Of a stretch of 64,000 nt of DNA, positions 60,662-64,000 are shown piece by piece. Each line of letters starts with the position of its first letter. Positions within the stretch are counted from its first letter, which is position 1. Under the pieces are notes generated by a model, which made no database searches, had not been told where the DNA came from, and saw nothing but the letters and a program-made list of their open reading frames with translations. Source of the stretch: Candidatus Micrarchaeota archaeon (GTDB lineage Archaea > Micrarchaeota > Micrarchaeia > Micrarchaeales > Micrarchaeaceae); the NCBI GenBank assembly GCA_028866905.1, contig JAGWHI010000002.1, positions 7,219-71,218 of the forward strand, in the 5' to 3' direction. The translations under genes were made by a program, and so were the position numbers.

Positions 60662-61330
60662 CTAGAGGTTCTTCAGTATCGTCCTGAGGATGTTCCATCC
60701 GTCCTGGAATGTCCTGAGCTTTCCAACGCCGCCCACGCGCCTCTTCTCGTAGCTCGGGACCTCGAGCACCTTGAGCCCGGCCTTCTGCGACTTGATGCTT
60801 ATCTCCGTCTCTATGCCGAAGCCCTGCTCGACCAGGCTCAGCTTCTGGAACACGCCGCTTGCGAAGCTCCTGTAGCCGTAGCACATGTCGGTGTAGTGGG
60901 ACCTGTAAAGGGCGTTCACCAGCCAGACGAAGAACTTGTTGCCTATCCTTCTGGTGAAAGTCATGTCCTCGGATCCGCCGCCGGCCATGAACCTGGAGCC
61001 CATGCATATGTCGTAGCCCGCCTCGATGCCCGATATAAGCAGCAGGAGCTCCTTGGGCTTGTTCGACAGGTCGGCGTCCATCGAGATTACGATATCGCCG
61101 CGGGCCTTTGTGAATCCGGTTATGAGCGCCGCTCCCTTCCCCAGCTCCTCCCTTATCACTGTTGCGCCCATCGACTTCGCTATCTGCGGGGTCCTGTCGT
61201 GCGACGAATCGACGATTATTATCTCGCTCCTGTAGCCCTTGAGTATCTGCCTTATCCCGGTTATCACCCGCCTGACGTTCTTCTCCTCGTCGCGGGTTGG
61301 TATGACTACGCTGATGTACGGCCTGGGCAT
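60662..61330 (-). CDS. family 2 glycosyltransferase (dolichyl-phosphate hexose synthase-like)
   Basis: ISVVIPTRDEEKNV, IIVDSSHDRT and ISMDADLSN (DxD) motifs. Start trimmed to MPRPYIS. Confidence 0.85.
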   Translation of the reverse strand: MPRPYISVVIPTRDEEKNVRRVITGIRQILKGYRSEIIIVDSSHDRTPQIAKSMGATVIREELGKGAALITGFTKARGDIVISMDADLSNKPKELLLLISGIEAGYDICMGSRFMAGGGSEDMTFTRRIGNKFFVWLVNALYRSHYTDMCYGYRSFASGVFQKLSLVEQGFGIETEISIKSQKAGLKVLEVPSYEKRRVGGVGKLRTFQDGWNILRTILKNL

Positions 61331-61331
61331 G

Positions 61332-62207
61332 CTAATCGTTCCTGTGTTCCTCGGCGTGCGCATGGTGGTGATGCTCAGCCTCGCTGTGCGCATGGTGCTC
61401 GTTGTCCGCGTGGCGCGGTTTCCTTCCCCTGATTATTGACAGGGCTATCAGCACAAGTATCACCGCGGCTATCGCTGCCATGAAATAGAGGAGCGTGCTG
61501 CCGCCGGACTGCGCAGGTGTGGCCTGGGACGCGAGGCTGACGACGTACGTGTGCATAGAGGAGTAGTGGGTCCCGCCGGAGACGTAGGACGTCACCACCG
61601 CAGTGGAGAAGCCAGAGCCGGAAACCAGTGGGTTGGATATATTGAAGTAGACCTTTGTCGGGGTTTCGGGCTGCACTGTCACGTTGACATGCTTTGGCGA
61701 TACCGTGAATTCCGGAGGGGACACGATAGACACGTTCACATCGACCGGGTTGCTTGACAGGCTGACAAGCGTAGCCTGCAGCGTGTCCCCGGTCCTGTTT
61801 ATGCTGGCCACGCTTACAAGCGACGTGGCCCTCGAGGACATGTAGACAAGGCAGGGGAATACCGCGTAGAACGTGCTCGACCCCTGCGAGTACTGGAGGT
61901 TGAAGTAGTCGATGTAGCTGCCCGGCATCGTGAAATTGTAGAGCTTGAGCCTGGTCGTTGTGGAATTGCCAGGGAATATGTGGTCGAGCGAAACTGTTGC
62001 GTTCTGCACCGCAGCGCCATAGACCGTGGGGAGCAGCACCAGGTTAGTGGCTATGCCGTCGCCAGAATTGGAGAGGTTGAAAACCAGCACGTTGTCGGTC
62101 GCGTTTATCAGCGTGCTGGGGCACGTCCCGGTCAGCGTGACTGTGTCTGCGCCGGCTATCCCGGCCAGAAGCACAACCATGGCTAGGAGCCCAATTTTTG
62201 GCAGCAT
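61332..62207 (-). CDS. surface protein with signal peptide, beta-rich ectodomain, C-terminal TM anchor and His-rich cytoplasmic tail
   Basis: Signal MLPKIGLLAMVVLLAGIAGA, anchor LLYFMAAIAAVILVLIALSII, tail RGRKPRHADNEHHAHSEAEHHHHAHAEEHRND. Confidence 0.55.
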   Translation of the reverse strand: MLPKIGLLAMVVLLAGIAGADTVTLTGTCPSTLINATDNVLVFNLSNSGDGIATNLVLLPTVYGAAVQNATVSLDHIFPGNSTTTRLKLYNFTMPGSYIDYFNLQYSQGSSTFYAVFPCLVYMSSRATSLVSVASINRTGDTLQATLVSLSSNPVDVNVSIVSPPEFTVSPKHVNVTVQPETPTKVYFNISNPLVSGSGFSTAVVTSYVSGGTHYSSMHTYVVSLASQATPAQSGGSTLLYFMAAIAAVILVLIALSIIRGRKPRHADNEHHAHSEAEHHHHAHAEEHRND

Positions 62208-62295
62208 TCGAACACTCAGAATAGCGGTATATTAGTTCGAGACAAATCTATAAATATCTGCGAAAACCCATCATATCAGACGGGGATTTTAGCCG

Positions 62296-63375
62296 ATGGC
62301 CGTTGAAAAAATGCTGGGGTTGGGCCTGACAGCAGTCAAATCTAATTTCGTAAGGCTTAGAAGGCCCTACAAGCTCAACTTCTGCGTGACCTACAGGTGC
62401 CAGTCAAGGTGCCTGACCTGCGACATATGGAAGATGAAGCCGACAGGGGAGCTCACCCTGGACGAGATAAGGACTTTCGCCCAGAGGAACCCGTACTTCC
62501 AGTGGATCGAGCTTACCGGGGGGGAGGTCTTCCTGAGGGGCGACATAGTGGAGATAGCAAGGGCCTTCAAGGAGAACTCCAAGGGGCTATACATACTCAC
62601 AATGCCCACCAACTCGCTGTGCAACCAGCAGATGGTGATGGAGAAGCTGACAGAGATACTCAAGCTCGGCATACCGAGGGTCGCGATAACAGTGAGCCTT
62701 GACGGCTACAGGGAGCTCCACGACAGGATAAGGGGCATACCAGGCAACTTCGACAAGGCAATGTCCATGTTCAAGAGCCTGAAGAGGCTCAAGGAGACAT
62801 ACCCGGGGCTGTATTTCGTTTTCGGATACACACTCAGCAAGCTGAACCAGGGGCAGTTCGAGCGCACCTACCAGGCGGTGAAGGCTGAGATACCGGACAT
62901 AAGGCACAGCGACTTCCACATAAACCTGGCGCAGATATCGGAGAACTACTACAACAACCAGGGGTTGGACATAAGGCCTAACGACGCAGCGGTCGTGGAG
63001 GAGCTCAACAGTATAATAGGGAGCAGGGAGGCCCAGATAGGGGTCATACCCGCTATCGAGAACACCTTCCTGAAGAACCTTGTATACTACGCAAAGACGG
63101 GCAGGGCGCCCATGAGGAGCAAGAGCCTAGAGGCGTCGCTCTTCCTTGACAGCTACGGAAACATATTCCCGTCGATAATGTGGAACAGGAAGATAGGCAA
63201 CATACGCGAGCTCGACTACGCGCTTGACAGCATATGGGAGGGCGATGCGGCGAAGGAGATAAGGAGGATGATTGCTGAAGGCAGCGAGCCGCAGCAGTGG
63301 ACCGCCTGCGAGGCGTACCAGTCGATAATAGGCGACATGCTCAGCCTTGTTTCGCCGTCAGGGAAAAGGGCCTAA
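62296..63375 (+). CDS. radical SAM enzyme
   Basis: CxxxCxxC cluster motif in NFCVTYRCQSRCLTCDIW, followed by ELTGGEVFL (a GGE SAM-binding motif). Confidence 0.8.
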   Translation: MAVEKMLGLGLTAVKSNFVRLRRPYKLNFCVTYRCQSRCLTCDIWKMKPTGELTLDEIRTFAQRNPYFQWIELTGGEVFLRGDIVEIARAFKENSKGLYILTMPTNSLCNQQMVMEKLTEILKLGIPRVAITVSLDGYRELHDRIRGIPGNFDKAMSMFKSLKRLKETYPGLYFVFGYTLSKLNQGQFERTYQAVKAEIPDIRHSDFHINLAQISENYYNNQGLDIRPNDAAVVEELNSIIGSREAQIGVIPAIENTFLKNLVYYAKTGRAPMRSKSLEASLFLDSYGNIFPSIMWNRKIGNIRELDYALDSIWEGDAAKEIRRMIAEGSEPQQWTACEAYQSIIGDMLSLVSPSGKRA

Positions 63376-64000
63376 TCCTCAAGCATGTACTTGTCTAGAT
63401 TCCTCTCCACGTCCTGCCGCCTCTTCGCATGGCCCTTCAGGTAGGAATTGATCTTCGCTATAAGGTATTCCTTCAGCTCGCCGGTGAGGAGGCTGCCGCT
63501 CTTGTACGATTCCTCCATCCCCTTAAGCTTCTTGTCGTCATCCTCGAAGAAGTACTTCAGGTACTGGAACGAGACGTCTATGTCGGGGTTTCCGCCCATC
63601 TTCCTGTGCTCCTCTATGGAGGCCCTCCCTCCCGAGAAGGCATACTTCCTTATCTTCTGGGAGACCGCCTTCTCGTCGTCAGCCAGCCAGATTACGGTGG
63701 TGTCGCTGTCCTTGGCGCTGCTGCTCATCTTCGACCCGCTTAGGCTCGGCAGGAATATAGGGTAGACCGTTGACGGCTTGATGAACTTGAATCGGTCTGT
63801 CAGGTCCCGGGTAAGCCTGAGGAACGGGTCCTGGTCTATGCCGATTGGGACCAGCACGTTGTGCGCGCCCTCCATGAACTGCGGGAACATGACGTGCGCA
63901 GACTGCATCGCAGGGTAGAACGACCACCCGACATTCTGCTCGGGCTTCAGGCCGAACGTCGCCTTGGCCATCGAGTAAGTCATGTGCTTCGCCACCTCTG
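63372..64000 (-). CDS. trpS: tryptophanyl-tRNA synthetase, C-terminal two-thirds (5' end outside window)
   Basis: IGIDQDPFLRLTRD, KMSSS and YAFSGGRASIEEHRKMGGNPDIDVSFQYL are blocks of archaeal/eukaryotic TrpRS. The frame is open to the window edge. Confidence 0.85.
   Translation of the reverse strand, partial: EVAKHMTYSMAKATFGLKPEQNVGWSFYPAMQSAHVMFPQFMEGAHNVLVPIGIDQDPFLRLTRDLTDRFKFIKPSTVYPIFLPSLSGSKMSSSAKDSDTTVIWLADDEKAVSQKIRKYAFSGGRASIEEHRKMGGNPDIDVSFQYLKYFFEDDDKKLKGMEESYKSGSLLTGELKEYLIAKINSYLKGHAKRRQDVERNLDKYMLED

Noticed and set aside
1-64000. rRNA genes, RNase P/SRP RNA, riboswitches, transposases
   Set aside because: No long ORF-free structured regions exist apart from short promoter gaps. 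No transposase-like ORFs or terminal inverted repeats were seen. Small ncRNAs cannot be excluded without covariance-model scans.

Overview
This is a GC-rich archaeal chromosomal segment with a strong AGG/ATA codon bias, AT-rich TATA-box promoters and many 4-nt ATGA start/stop overlaps. Archaeal identity rests on Top6B, archease, NMD3, archaeal-type LeuRS/ThrRS/TrpRS, class III (prepilin-like) signal peptides and a PibD/FlaK-type peptidase. The lineage looks like Thermoplasmata or DPANN/Micrarchaeota, but I cannot confirm that. About half of the window is housekeeping: four aminoacyl-tRNA synthetases plus a partial fifth, a citrate synthase/Mqo/ICDH/PrpD/ComA-like carbon cluster, SOD, IDI, Top6B and tRNA-Cys. 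Small low-GC islets interrupt it: two RelE/ParE toxin-antitoxin pairs and a roughly 1.7 kb AT-rich island carrying a double Lrp-like gene. The main signal is a roughly 22 kb envelope-machinery locus (about 33.2-55.3 kb). It holds a tightly coupled minus-strand operon built around a VirB4/TrbE-like P-loop ATPase that lacks its N-domain. Around the ATPase are two paralogous 2-TM proteins resembling split VirB3/VirB4-N modules. There are also six tandem paralogous polytopic membrane proteins sharing an LR-x3-F-x-R-x2-GG...YP motif, one of them fused to a roughly 500-aa ectodomain. The operon further contains a LamG-domain protein with a class III signal peptide and an 800-aa bitopic protein rich in N-glycosylation sequons. 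Next to it lie a divergent 1135-aa protein with ten Ig-like repeats and a small VirB2/TrbC-like two-helix protein. No relaxase, coupling protein, integrase or FlaI/PilB/FlaJ genes are present. I read the locus as a chromosomal Ced/Ted- or T4SS-like surface apparatus of unusual composition; this is an inference that needs profile and structure searches. Nearby, two internally duplicated tandem paralogues of unknown function are co-transcribed with the prepilin peptidase. All functional calls come from motif recognition by eye; no database search was run.
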